From NCBI GenBank assembly GCA_031406795.1, contig JANOHV010000151.1, positions 6,232-70,231 on the forward strand: a stretch of DNA of 64,000 nucleotides, written 5' to 3'. Below, in pieces: positions 48,109 through 56,786 of the stretch. The DNA comes from Candidatus Rokuibacteriota bacterium (GTDB lineage: Bacteria > JAUVQV01 > DATDCY01). Within the stretch, counting starts at the first letter, position 1, and every line of letters begins with the position of its first letter. The position numbers were made by a program, and so were the translations under genes. Under the pieces are notes generated by a model that saw nothing but the letters and a program-made list of their open reading frames with translations, made no database searches and was not told the origin of the DNA.

Positions 48109-49794
48109 CTAGGGGTTGATCTTTACTTCCACCACCTGCGCCTGGAGGATCTCGGCAGCCCAGCCGGTCGCGGGAGCATTGAGCGCCTCGTGCCGGTGCT
48201 TACGGTGCACGTCGGTCTCGCGCGCGGCGGGGCCTGCCGCGTCGGGCTCCCCGCCTTCTCCGGCGATGGTCAAGAGGCGAACCTCGGTGCGCGCGCCGAG
48301 CAATTCCCGGGCGACCGTCCGCAGGAAGGTGATGTTCTGCGTCTCCCTCGCCGTCTCAAGAAAGAAGCCGTCCTGCGGCGCGAAGCCGATCTCGAGCACC
48401 CCGTCCCCGGCTTTGATCAGCCGTCCGTGCTCGAGAAACCCGGCGAGCATCCCTTTCTCGCGCTGCACCCGCTCGACAAATCGGGCAAAGAGATCATCGG
48501 CGGCGGGAGTGCTTGAAGTCCCCGGGAGAGCCTCAGGGGACGCGACCACCGGCGGCGTCCGTTCAGCCTCGTGCCGCGTCGCCGCCATGGGTACCGACGA
48601 CTCCGGGGACGCGGCGGTTCCGGGGGTCGGCGCGGACCACCCCCCCGCGGCGAGCCGCCGCTCGAACTGCTCGAGCCGCTCCAGGAGCGCCGCGATCTCC
48701 TGCACCTCCTCGAGGCGTACCGCGCGCAGCACCGCCAGTTCCAGCAGCATCCGGGGAAAGGTCGCGTTGCGCACCTCGGTCTCGACGCGCAGGAAGATTT
48801 CGAAGAGCGATTGCAGGTGCCCGGGGCTCGCTGCGGCCGCCAGGGGCTGCAACTCGGCGAGCGTCTCCGGCGTCACCGGGATCAAGTCGACCGCCTCGGG
48901 GGCGGCACGCAGCACCGCGAGGTTGCGCAGCATCCCCAGCACCTCTCGCGCGAACACGCGGGCGTCCATCCCGAGAGCGGCTACGGCGTCGAGCGTCGCC
49001 AGGCAGGCCGCCCCGCTGCGCCCGAGCAGATCGGCGCAGAAGGCCATCAGAGTCTTCTCCTCGGGGAGCCCGAGGGCCGTGGCGACTTCCTCGTCGCGCA
49101 CCGTGCGGCCGCAGTAGGCCACCACCTGCTCGAGCAGGCTTTCGGCGTCGCGCATGCTTCCTTCGCCCGCCCCGGCCACCGCGCCAAGGGCCGCCGGGCT
49201 CATCACGATCCCCTCGGCCTCGACGATGCGTCGCAGCTGCTCGACGATCTCGGCGCGATCGAGCAGTCGAAAGTCGTAGCGCTGGCAGCGCGACTGGATC
49301 GTGATCGGCACCTTGTGCAGGTCGGTCGTCGCAAAGATGAACTTGACGTAGGGGGGCGGCTCCTCGAGTGTCTTGAGGAATGCGTTGAACGCCTCCTTGG
49401 TGAGCATGTGGACCTCGTCCACGATGTAGATCTTGTAGCGCGCCGACGCGGGGGCGTAGTTGAGACTCTCGCGCAAGTCCCGGACGTCCTCGATGCCGCG
49501 GTTGGAGGCCGCGTCCATCTCAACGATGTCCATCGCGCTGCCCGCCGTCACTTCCTTGCAGAGACGGCACTCGTTGCAAGGCTCCGGCGACGGACCATGC
49601 TCGCAGACGAGCGCTTTGGCCAGGATGCGCGCGGTGGTGGTCTTGCCGACGCCGCGACCGCCGGTGAGCAGGAAGGCGTGGGGTACGCGGTTCTCGCGAA
49701 TGGCGTTCTGGAGCGGGCGCGTGACGTGCTCCTGGCCCACGACATCCGCGAACCTCTGCGGGCGCCATTTCAGGGCGAAGACCTGATAGGACAC
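48109..49794 (-). CDS. dnaX: DNA polymerase III gamma/tau subunit
   Basis: KWRPQRF, GVGKTT, DAASNRG, DEVHML, SRC. Confidence 0.96.
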   Translation of the reverse strand: MSYQVFALKWRPQRFADVVGQEHVTRPLQNAIRENRVPHAFLLTGGRGVGKTTTARILAKALVCEHGPSPEPCNECRLCKEVTAGSAMDIVEMDAASNRGIEDVRDLRESLNYAPASARYKIYIVDEVHMLTKEAFNAFLKTLEEPPPYVKFIFATTDLHKVPITIQSRCQRYDFRLLDRAEIVEQLRRIVEAEGIVMSPAALGAVAGAGEGSMRDAESLLEQVVAYCGRTVRDEEVATALGLPEEKTLMAFCADLLGRSGAACLATLDAVAALGMDARVFAREVLGMLRNLAVLRAAPEAVDLIPVTPETLAELQPLAAAASPGHLQSLFEIFLRVETEVRNATFPRMLLELAVLRAVRLEEVQEIAALLERLEQFERRLAAGGWSAPTPGTAASPESSVPMAATRHEAERTPPVVASPEALPGTSSTPAADDLFARFVERVQREKGMLAGFLEHGRLIKAGDGVLEIGFAPQDGFFLETARETQNITFLRTVARELLGARTEVRLLTIAGEGGEPDAAGPAARETDVHRKHRHEALNAPATGWAAEILQAQVVEVKINP

Positions 49795-49840
49795 AGCCGA
49801 TCCTCCCTCCCTGTCGCGCGTCGCACTCCCTTGCCCGAAA

Positions 49841-50007
49841 AACGCGGGCCGGCATCGACCGACGGGACCGGTTCAGGCCAGGCACCCCTGCGGCACCCGG
49901 GAGATCCTGTTTACCGCTGCTTCCTTCCGGACCTGACGGGTTTCACAAGTTCCCGCCGCGCAGGACCAGACCATCCCCGGCCTCGCCGGCCGATGTCGGC
50001 CCGCGTT
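49841..50007 (-). ncRNA. ffs: Signal recognition particle RNA
   Basis: Conserved core CAGGTCCGGAAGGAAGCAGC, closed by a long terminal helix; immediately upstream of dnaX. Confidence 0.92.
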
Positions 50008-50017
50008 CAACCTTCCG

Positions 50018-50110
50018 TGGCGGAGAGAGTGGGATTTGAACCCACGAGGCAGCTTATGACCGCCTACACGCTTTCCAGACGTGCTCCTTCGGCCGCTCGG
50101 ACATCTCTCC
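50018..50110 (-). tRNA. tRNA-Ser(GGA)
   Basis: Anticodon loop CTGGAAA, long variable arm, GCCA end. Confidence 0.93.
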
Positions 50111-50334
50111 GCCGGCAAAAATAGCTGAATTGGTCGGAAAACGCAAGGAAATCACACGGAGGAGAGTGGCAAAGCGCACCTCGGACCTAATCCGGTTATG
50201 AACTGGACCGATCAGAGAAGGAGCGGCGAAGCCACGACGCAGTACCGGGTTGCGATCCGATCGCAGCCCGAACTCGAACCGCGAGCCCAAGGGGTCCGCA
50301 GCCCTCGATCAATCTAGTCGCGAGCGGTTCGAGT

Positions 50335-50425
50335 TGGCGGAGAGGGTGGGATTTGAACCCACGAGCACCTTTAGAGCGCTACCGCTTTTCGAGAGCGGCG
50401 CCTTCGGCCACTCGGCCACCTCTCC
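50335..50425 (-). tRNA. tRNA-Ser(CGA)
   Basis: Anticodon loop CTCGAAA, long variable arm, GCCA end. Confidence 0.93.
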
Positions 50426-50459
50426 GTTTTTCAGTATAGCACGGATCGGCGCCGGAGGT

Positions 50460-50933
50460 TCACCGCTGCAGCCGCCGGGCCCGGCGTTCGCGAAAGAATT
50501 CCCGCAGCAGCTCCTGGCTTTCGGCCTCGAGCACTCCGTGGATGATCTCGGCCCGATGGTTCAACCGCGGGTCATCGAGGATGCGGTAAAGGGTTCGGGC
50601 CGCGCCGCCCTTGGGGTCCGGCGCGCCGAAGACCACGCGGGCGACACGTGCGAGGACCAGAGCCCCGGCGCACATCGCGCACGGCTCGAGGGTGGCGTAG
50701 AGCGTTGTGCCAGGGAGTCGGTAGTTTCCCAGCCGCCGGGCGGCGCGACGCAGCGCGACGACCTCGGCATGAGCGGTCGGGTCGCATCCGCCGGCCGGCC
50801 TGTTGTAGGCGCGTGCGATTACCTCGCCGTCGGCGGCGACGAGAACCGCCCCGATGGGGACCTCGTCGGCGCGGCCGCCGCGTGCAGCCTCGCGCAAGGC
50901 CAGGCGCATATAGTGCTCGTGCGGGAGCCTCAC
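50460..50933 (-). CDS. tadA: tRNA adenosine(34) deaminase
   Basis: EVPIGAV, DPTAHAE, TLEPCAMC, DPKGG, LNH. Confidence 0.92.
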   Translation of the reverse strand: MRLPHEHYMRLALREAARGGRADEVPIGAVLVAADGEVIARAYNRPAGGCDPTAHAEVVALRRAARRLGNYRLPGTTLYATLEPCAMCAGALVLARVARVVFGAPDPKGGAARTLYRILDDPRLNHRAEIIHGVLEAESQELLREFFRERRARRLQR

Positions 50934-50993
50934 GCCGGCCGGCTTCGAAAAAGATAGGGGACCGCGGCGGGTTCCGCCGCAGCCCCCCAATCA

Positions 50994-51070
50994 TGGTGCG
51001 CCCTGCAGGATTCGAACCTGCGACCTACGGATTCGTAGTCCGTTGCTCTATCCAGCTGAGCCAAGGGCGC
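50994..51070 (-). tRNA. tRNA-Arg(ACG)
   Basis: 77 nt; anticodon loop CTACGAA; CCA end. Confidence 0.94.
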
Positions 51071-51154
51071 GTCTAAAGCTCCACCACGTCCCGGCCGCGA
51101 CGGCCCGGGCCAGGTTCGGAGTATACCCCGAATCCTGAAAATATTGTAGAACAT

Positions 51155-51247
51155 TGGCGGAGAAGCCGGGATTCGAACCCGGGTTCCCGGTTTCCCAGGA
51201 AACTCGCTTAGCAGGCGAGTGCCTTCAGCCAGCTCGGCCACCTCTCC
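51155..51247 (-). tRNA. tRNA-Ser(GCT)
   Basis: Anticodon loop CTGCTAA, long variable arm, GCCA end. Confidence 0.93.
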
Positions 51248-51346
51248 ACATTCGCTGTCGCCGGCCGGGTGCCATCCCGGCGGTTTCTTCATCAATTCAT
51301 CGCGCCAGGCTCAACCCCTGCGCCCCCCGCTTCGTGCGCCCGCTTG

Positions 51347-51438
51347 TGGCGGAGGGAGTAGGATTCGAACCCACGGTCCCGTTCACACAGGACAACGGTT
51401 TTCAAGACCGCCGCCTTCAGCCTCTCGGCCATCCCTCC
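51347..51438 (-). tRNA. tRNA-Ser(TGA)
   Basis: Anticodon loop CTTGAAA, long variable arm, GCCA end. Confidence 0.93.
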
Positions 51439-51450
51439 CCGTGCAGCGTG

Positions 51451-51566
51451 CCGCTGAAAACGGCCCATCTGCGGCGTTCCCCTCCTCGCCAGCTCCCTGC
51501 GGCGGGCTCGAGCCCGCCTCAGTCGCCTGCTCGTCGGGCGCCTTGCATCTGGACCCGTTTGAGCGG
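51451..51566. repeat. MITE-like palindromic element in the tRNA leader
   Basis: Imperfect terminal IR CCGCTGAAAACGG/CCGTTTGAGCGG; central palindrome GGCGGGCTCGAGCCCGCC; shares blocks with 46849-46975. Confidence 0.6.
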
Positions 51567-51598
51567 TCCGCTTTTCTCAAGCAACAGCAAAGACGTAT

Positions 51599-51628
51599 AT
51601 TATACGTTATCAGTTGCGTTTCGTGCAA
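51599..51628 (-). promoter_or_regulatory. Sigma70 promoter of the tRNA cluster
   Basis: TTGCAC-18 bp-TATAAT. Confidence 0.65.
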
Positions 51629-51631
51629 TGC

Positions 51632-52909
51632 TCAGGGCGCTTTGATCTCGGTTGCGCCGCCGAGATACGGGGCGAGCGCGGCCGGCAGGGCCACCGAGCC
51701 ATCGGCGCGCTGACCGTTCTCGAGGATCGCCACGACGGTCCGGCCGATCGCCAGGCCCGACCCGTTGAGCGTGTGCACGAACGCCGGTTTCGCCTTCGGC
51801 GAGGGGCGAAAACGGATGTCGGCGCGGCGCGCCTGGAAGTCTTCGAAATTGCTGCAGGACGAGATCTCGCGGTACCGCCCCTGCCCCGGCATCCAGACTT
51901 CGATGTCGTAGGTCTTGGCGGCCGAGAACCCCAGATCCCCCGTGCACAGCGCGACCACGCGGTACGGCAGTGCGAGCCGCTCGAGCACGACGCAGGCGTC
52001 GCGCGTCAACGTCTCGTGCTCATCGTAGGAGGTGGCCGGATCCGCGAACTTGACGAGTTCCACTTTGTTGAACTGGTGCTGGCGGATCAGCCCGCGCGTA
52101 TCCTTGCCTGCGGCGCCGGCCTCGGCGCGGAAACAGGGCGTCCAAGCCACGTATTTGAGCGGAAGGCGGGCTCCGTCGAGAATCTCGCCGCGGTGGAGGT
52201 TCGTCACCGGAACTTCGGCGGTGGGGATCAGGTAGTACCCGGAAGGATCGATCCGGAAGAGCTCGGCCTCGAACTTCGGCAGCTGGCCGGTGCCGATGAG
52301 GCTCTCGCGATTCACGAGAAAGGGCGGCAGCACCTCGAGGTAGCCGTGCTCGCTCGTGTGCAGGTCGATCATGAACCCGATCAGGGCCCGCTCCAGCCTC
52401 GCCCCGAGGCCGTACGAAACGCAGAAGCGGGCCCCGGAGATCTTCGCGGCACGCTCGAAGTCGAGAATGCCGAGCGTCTCCCCGAGCTCCCCGTGCCCCT
52501 TCGGTGCGAAATCGAACGACGGCGGCACGCCCCAGCGGCGTATCTCAACGTTCTGGTCCTCGCTGAGGCCGAGCGGCACCGAGGCGTGCGGCAGGTTCGG
52601 GACATTGCGCATCAACTCGACGAGCGCCTCGTCGTTCGCGCGCTGGCGCCCCTCGAGCGCCTGGATCCGGTCGCCGACCTCGCGCATCGCGGCGACTTCA
52701 GTCTGGGTCTCCTGGCCGCGCTTCTTGCTCGCGGCGATCTCCTTGGAGGCCGCGTTGCGCCGCGCGCGCAACTCCTCGATTTCGAGGATCAGCGAGCGCC
52801 GCTCGGACTCGAGCGCCTGGAACGGGCCCAGGTCGATCTCCATCCCTCTGACGGCGAGGCGCTCGCGCAGCGCATCGAGATTCTCGCGGACGAATTTCAG
52901 ATCGAGCAC
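51632..52909 (-). CDS. serS: Seryl-tRNA synthetase
   Basis: [40 protein letters not shown]. Confidence 0.97.
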   Translation of the reverse strand: MLDLKFVRENLDALRERLAVRGMEIDLGPFQALESERRSLILEIEELRARRNAASKEIAASKKRGQETQTEVAAMREVGDRIQALEGRQRANDEALVELMRNVPNLPHASVPLGLSEDQNVEIRRWGVPPSFDFAPKGHGELGETLGILDFERAAKISGARFCVSYGLGARLERALIGFMIDLHTSEHGYLEVLPPFLVNRESLIGTGQLPKFEAELFRIDPSGYYLIPTAEVPVTNLHRGEILDGARLPLKYVAWTPCFRAEAGAAGKDTRGLIRQHQFNKVELVKFADPATSYDEHETLTRDACVVLERLALPYRVVALCTGDLGFSAAKTYDIEVWMPGQGRYREISSCSNFEDFQARRADIRFRPSPKAKPAFVHTLNGSGLAIGRTVVAILENGQRADGSVALPAALAPYLGGATEIKAP

Positions 52910-52969
52910 CGGTCTCCTCTCCGCCTTGTCTGACGTGACTGCCACATCTTATGACATCTGCCTCAGGGG

Positions 52970-53884
52970 CTACAGCGCGACTGCGAGCATCCGCTCGAGC
53001 GCACGAACCGCGCGCACCCTGATCTCTTCGGCGACTTGAATCTCGTTGTCTTCCTTTTCGAGGACCGAGAGGACGTCCTCGAGGTTCGTCATCTTCATGT
53101 TCGGGCAGACCATGGTTTCGAGTGCCGGATAGAAGCGTTTCCCGGGGTTCTCGGCCTCGAGCCGCGGGATGATCCCGGTCTCGGTGCCCACGATGAACTC
53201 GGTCGCCGGATTCTCCTTCGCATACCGGAGAAAGCCCGTCGTCGAGAGCACCGCATCCGCGAGCGCCAGCACCTCGAGGCGGCATTCCGGGTGAGCCATG
53301 AATTTCGCCGCCGGGTGCAGCCGTCGCTGCTCGATCACGTGCTCCGGCTTGAGGCGGTGATGGGTCGGGCAGACGCCTTTCCAGAGGATCAGCTCCTTCC
53401 CCGGGAGCTTCGTCTGCAGATAGCGCCCCATGTTGCCGTCGGGGACGAAGAGCACTTTCTTGTCCGGAAGCGACTCGACCACCTGGAGCATGTTCGCCGA
53501 AGTGCAACAAATGTCGACCTCGGCCTTGATGGCAGCCGCCGTGTTGATATAGCAGACTGTCGGGGCGCCCGGGTGCTCGGCCTGCAGCGCCCGCAGCGCC
53601 TCGACCGTGATCGTGTTCGCCAGCGGGCAGCCGGCGTCCGCACGCGGCATCACCACTTTCTTCCCCGGCGAAAGGATCTTGGCGCTCTCGGCCATGAAGT
53701 GCACCCCGGCAAAGACGATCATGCGGGCGTCGGTCGCGGCCGCCTTCGCGGAAAGACCGAGCGAGTCGCCCACCAGGTCGGCGACCTGTTGCACCTCGTA
53801 GCGCTGGTAGTTGTGCGCAAGAATGATGGCTCGTTTCTCCCGCGCGAGCCGGCGGATCTCGTCGTGCATCTTCCCTCGTTCCAT
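52970..53884 (-). CDS. nadA: Quinolinate synthase
   Basis: AHNYQ, GVHFMAE, GCPLA, YINT, CPTH, AHPEC, CPNMK. Confidence 0.94.
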   Translation of the reverse strand: MERGKMHDEIRRLAREKRAIILAHNYQRYEVQQVADLVGDSLGLSAKAAATDARMIVFAGVHFMAESAKILSPGKKVVMPRADAGCPLANTITVEALRALQAEHPGAPTVCYINTAAAIKAEVDICCTSANMLQVVESLPDKKVLFVPDGNMGRYLQTKLPGKELILWKGVCPTHHRLKPEHVIEQRRLHPAAKFMAHPECRLEVLALADAVLSTTGFLRYAKENPATEFIVGTETGIIPRLEAENPGKRFYPALETMVCPNMKMTNLEDVLSVLEKEDNEIQVAEEIRVRAVRALERMLAVAL

Positions 53885-53938
53885 TCTTCTCTTTTCCCGT
53901 GCTTGTCGCGGCGCTCCCCGCCGCCTTACAATACCACC

Positions 53939-54436
53939 ATGACTTCATCGCGCGGCAGCAGGCCCGCCCTCATCGGCGACATTCTCAAGGAGCGCATAGA
54001 CGCGCTCGGTTGGGAGGGCCGCCTGCACGAGGAGGAGGTACTCGCCAGCTGGGACGCGGCCGTCGGGCCGTCGATCGCCGCGCACGCCCGCCCCTCCCAT
54101 ATCACCGAGCACCGGCTGACCATTGTCACCGAGAGCCCGGTCTGGACCCAGCAACTTTCGCTGCTCAAGCCCGACCTGCTCCGGCGCCTCGCCGGGAACT
54201 TCGGCCCGGGAGTGGTCACCGACCTGTATTTCGTCACCGGGAAGATCGAGCCGGCGCCCGGGAACCCGCCCGCAGCGGCGGCGGCAGTGCCCCCGGCAGC
54301 CGTCGCCCTCTCTGCTGCGCTCGAGGGCGATCTAGCCGTCATTGCCGACGCCGGGGTGCGCGACTCGGTTCGCCGGCTCATGCTCGCCTCGCTCGCCAGG
54401 ACCGGGACGCCGGAGCCGGACATCGACCCGGCCTAG
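53939..54436 (+). CDS. DUF721/DciA-like protein
   Basis: WDAAVGPSIAAHARP...LTIVTESPVWTQQL. Confidence 0.8.
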   Translation: MTSSRGSRPALIGDILKERIDALGWEGRLHEEEVLASWDAAVGPSIAAHARPSHITEHRLTIVTESPVWTQQLSLLKPDLLRRLAGNFGPGVVTDLYFVTGKIEPAPGNPPAAAAAVPPAAVALSAALEGDLAVIADAGVRDSVRRLMLASLARTGTPEPDIDPA

Positions 54437-55578
54437 CGCGCCCGCAGCAGATGCCCGACCTGCACCTCCTGGATGCTGGTCGTGATCAAGGCCGTCGAGG
54501 TGTGCACGCCGGAGCGCAGTATTTGGAGTTCGCCCACGGTGACGCGGCCTTCGGGGGCAACCTCGCGGTAGATCGTGAAGTGCTGGCCCGGGGTGACGCC
54601 CGTTGACGTGCCGCGGTCGATGTAGGCGAGATCATACTCGCCGACCGCCTGCCGGTCCTCGTTGAAGGCCACGATCACGGCGTGGCCTACCCCGGCGGGG
54701 ATGCACTCCGGCTGCACCCTGCCGGCGAGGACGTTGTACACGAGCACGTCGTCCGGGTCGATCGGCAGGAGATAGTCGCCGATGCTCGCCGCGTCGCTCA
54801 GGCCGCGCAGCGCCACCGTGGAGGTGCGTTCCCCGCGACAGGTGACTTCGGCGGTGCCGAGAATCCGGACCAGCCAACCGAGGTACGCGCCCGTCAGCGG
54901 GTGGAAGATCCGACGGTCGGCGCGGACCACCGTGAAGCGCGCCCCCGCGGGGATCGGGGCGTTGACGATGGCGGCATCGTCGGAGCCGAGCAGGGTCCGA
55001 TCGTCCTGCGAGGCGACAATCGCGATCGATGGGAGATTGTCCGCGATGTAGCCGGCCGACCGGTAGAGCGAGGGGCTAACCACAGCAACCGGCCGCGCCG
55101 GTTCCACCGGCACCCCAGCGATGACTGCCTCGGCGGCGGCGGCCGCCCCGCTCGCCGCTGCGGCATCGATGGCCGCGCCGCCGGCACCCTGATCGCTCGC
55201 CGCGACGGAAACTGCAGCGGTCTCGGTGCGGACGGCAGCGGCGCCCGCGTCCGAGACGCCGGAGTCCGCGCCAGCCCGGGCAGCCAAGCTTTCGCCGGCG
55301 CCACCCGCGCTCGCCGACGTTGCCGGCATCGGCACGAGCAGGGTGTCCCCGGGGAAAATGCGGTTGGCGTTCGTGACCTGCGGGTTCTCCCTGAGGATCT
55401 CACGCCAGCGCATCTCGTCACCGAAGATGCGGCCGGAGATCTTCGAGAGCGTATCGCCGCTGCGCACCACGTAGATTTCGTACCCGGGCCGCTCCGCCGA
55501 GGTTGCCGGCACGGCGGACAGGATCAGCATTACGAGCCCGACCACAACCGCCTTTATTTCGACTGGTGGATTCTGCAT
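54433..55578 (-). CDS. Exported LysM-domain protein
   Basis: Signal peptide; YVVRSGDTLSKIS..NP..IFPGDTL; C-terminal HPLTG/YIDRG domain. Confidence 0.85.
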   Translation of the reverse strand: MQNPPVEIKAVVVGLVMLILSAVPATSAERPGYEIYVVRSGDTLSKISGRIFGDEMRWREILRENPQVTNANRIFPGDTLLVPMPATSASAGGAGESLAARAGADSGVSDAGAAAVRTETAAVSVAASDQGAGGAAIDAAAASGAAAAAEAVIAGVPVEPARPVAVVSPSLYRSAGYIADNLPSIAIVASQDDRTLLGSDDAAIVNAPIPAGARFTVVRADRRIFHPLTGAYLGWLVRILGTAEVTCRGERTSTVALRGLSDAASIGDYLLPIDPDDVLVYNVLAGRVQPECIPAGVGHAVIVAFNEDRQAVGEYDLAYIDRGTSTGVTPGQHFTIYREVAPEGRVTVGELQILRSGVHTSTALITTSIQEVQVGHLLRAR

Positions 55579-55620
55579 CGCTTGTGTCCCTCGCTCCCGC
55601 CGTGCAGGTGGTTTGACCGA

Positions 55621-56439
55621 CTACGGCTGCTTCCAGCGCTCCAGCTTCTCTTTGGCCTTCGCCGCCTCTTCCGACTGCCCATGCCGTTCGACAATCCGCT
55701 GCAGCGCCGCCTGGGCCTCGGGCATCCGCTTGAGTTCCGCGAGCGAAAGCCCCCGCTTGAGCAGGGCCGCAGGTATCTTGTGACTTGCCGGAAAGTCCTT
55801 CTCGACCTTGGCGAACTCTTCCGCTGCCTCGGCAAACCGCTTTTGGGAGTAATAGCACTCGCCGATCCAATACTGCGCGTTGCCCGCCAGCTTGTGATCG
55901 GGATACAGGCCGACGAACTCCTCGAACTTGGCGGTCGCCTGCTGGTACTCGCGGCCGGAATACAGGGCGAGCGCGTTCGCGTAGAGCTTCTCAGCCTTGG
56001 GGCCGGCGGTGATGATCTCCCCGCCCTTCGGCGGCTCGGGCGCCGCGGGCTTGGGCAGATTCGTCAGCAGGATCGGCCCCTCGACCGGTGCCGCGGGAAC
56101 CGGGGGCGCGGCCGCCTGCAGCGCCGCAGGCGCCTCGAGAGCTTCGGCAGCCGCGGGGGAAGGCGCCGAGGGCTGCGGCGCTGACGACGCGTCTCGCTCT
56201 TCCAGCCCGTCGATGCGCCGGGCGTTCTCCTCAGCCTTGTCGCCGAGGATCTTGAACCCGTTGTTCAGGGCGTCCCCGCGCAGTGCCAACTCGCCCTGCC
56301 GGGCCTTGAGATCGTTGATCTGCCTCTGCTGGAGCCGGACCTGCTCCCGGAGCGCCTCGAAATCCCGCTTCTCGACCACGCACCCGGGAAGCGCCAGCGA
56401 AAGGGCGACCCCCAGCAAGGACAACCTTCGTGCAATCAT
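55621..56439 (-). CDS. cpoB: Tol-Pal-associated TPR lipoprotein CpoB/YbgF
   Basis: Lipobox LPGC, coiled coil, TPRs (YPDHKLAGNAQYWIGECYY, KIPAALLKRG). Confidence 0.8.
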   Translation of the reverse strand: MIARRLSLLGVALSLALPGCVVEKRDFEALREQVRLQQRQINDLKARQGELALRGDALNNGFKILGDKAEENARRIDGLEERDASSAPQPSAPSPAAAEALEAPAALQAAAPPVPAAPVEGPILLTNLPKPAAPEPPKGGEIITAGPKAEKLYANALALYSGREYQQATAKFEEFVGLYPDHKLAGNAQYWIGECYYSQKRFAEAAEEFAKVEKDFPASHKIPAALLKRGLSLAELKRMPEAQAALQRIVERHGQSEEAAKAKEKLERWKQP

Positions 56440-56786
56440 CAACCGTTCCTCCCCAGTGCGGCAGCCGGAAGTTGCGGTGCGAACGGCAAAATCCACTTTC
56501 ATCCTATGCTCCGCGCTTCGCCGCTGTCAAGGCGCCCGCGCGCGGCTCTCCCCGCAACGAGGCCGCGCCCGAAATTCGCCCTATTTTGGGGTCCTCCAGG
56601 ACAAGTGCCCGGTGAGAATTGTCACACTCCCCGGCGATCGGGATTTCCACGGATCGGCCAAGCCGATCCCGACGCAACTTTGCGTCCCGGCTAGGCAGGA
56701 GCACGCCCACGCGGAGGCGCCCTTCTGTGCGCCGCAGATTCGAGGCGAACCCCAACGCCGATGGGGCGGCCCGGTCGAATCGCAGC

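Noticed and set aside
51347-51438. tRNA with TGA anticodon as a possible tRNA-Sec
   Set aside because: Anticodon TGA reads UCA (Ser); tRNA-Sec needs TCA and a longer acceptor stem. No sel genes are in the window.
56665-56700. GGGACGCAAAG (minus strand) resembling a c-di-GMP-I riboswitch
   Set aside because: It lacks the upstream GGCAAAC and GAAA-tetraloop stem, and is explained by a local palindrome
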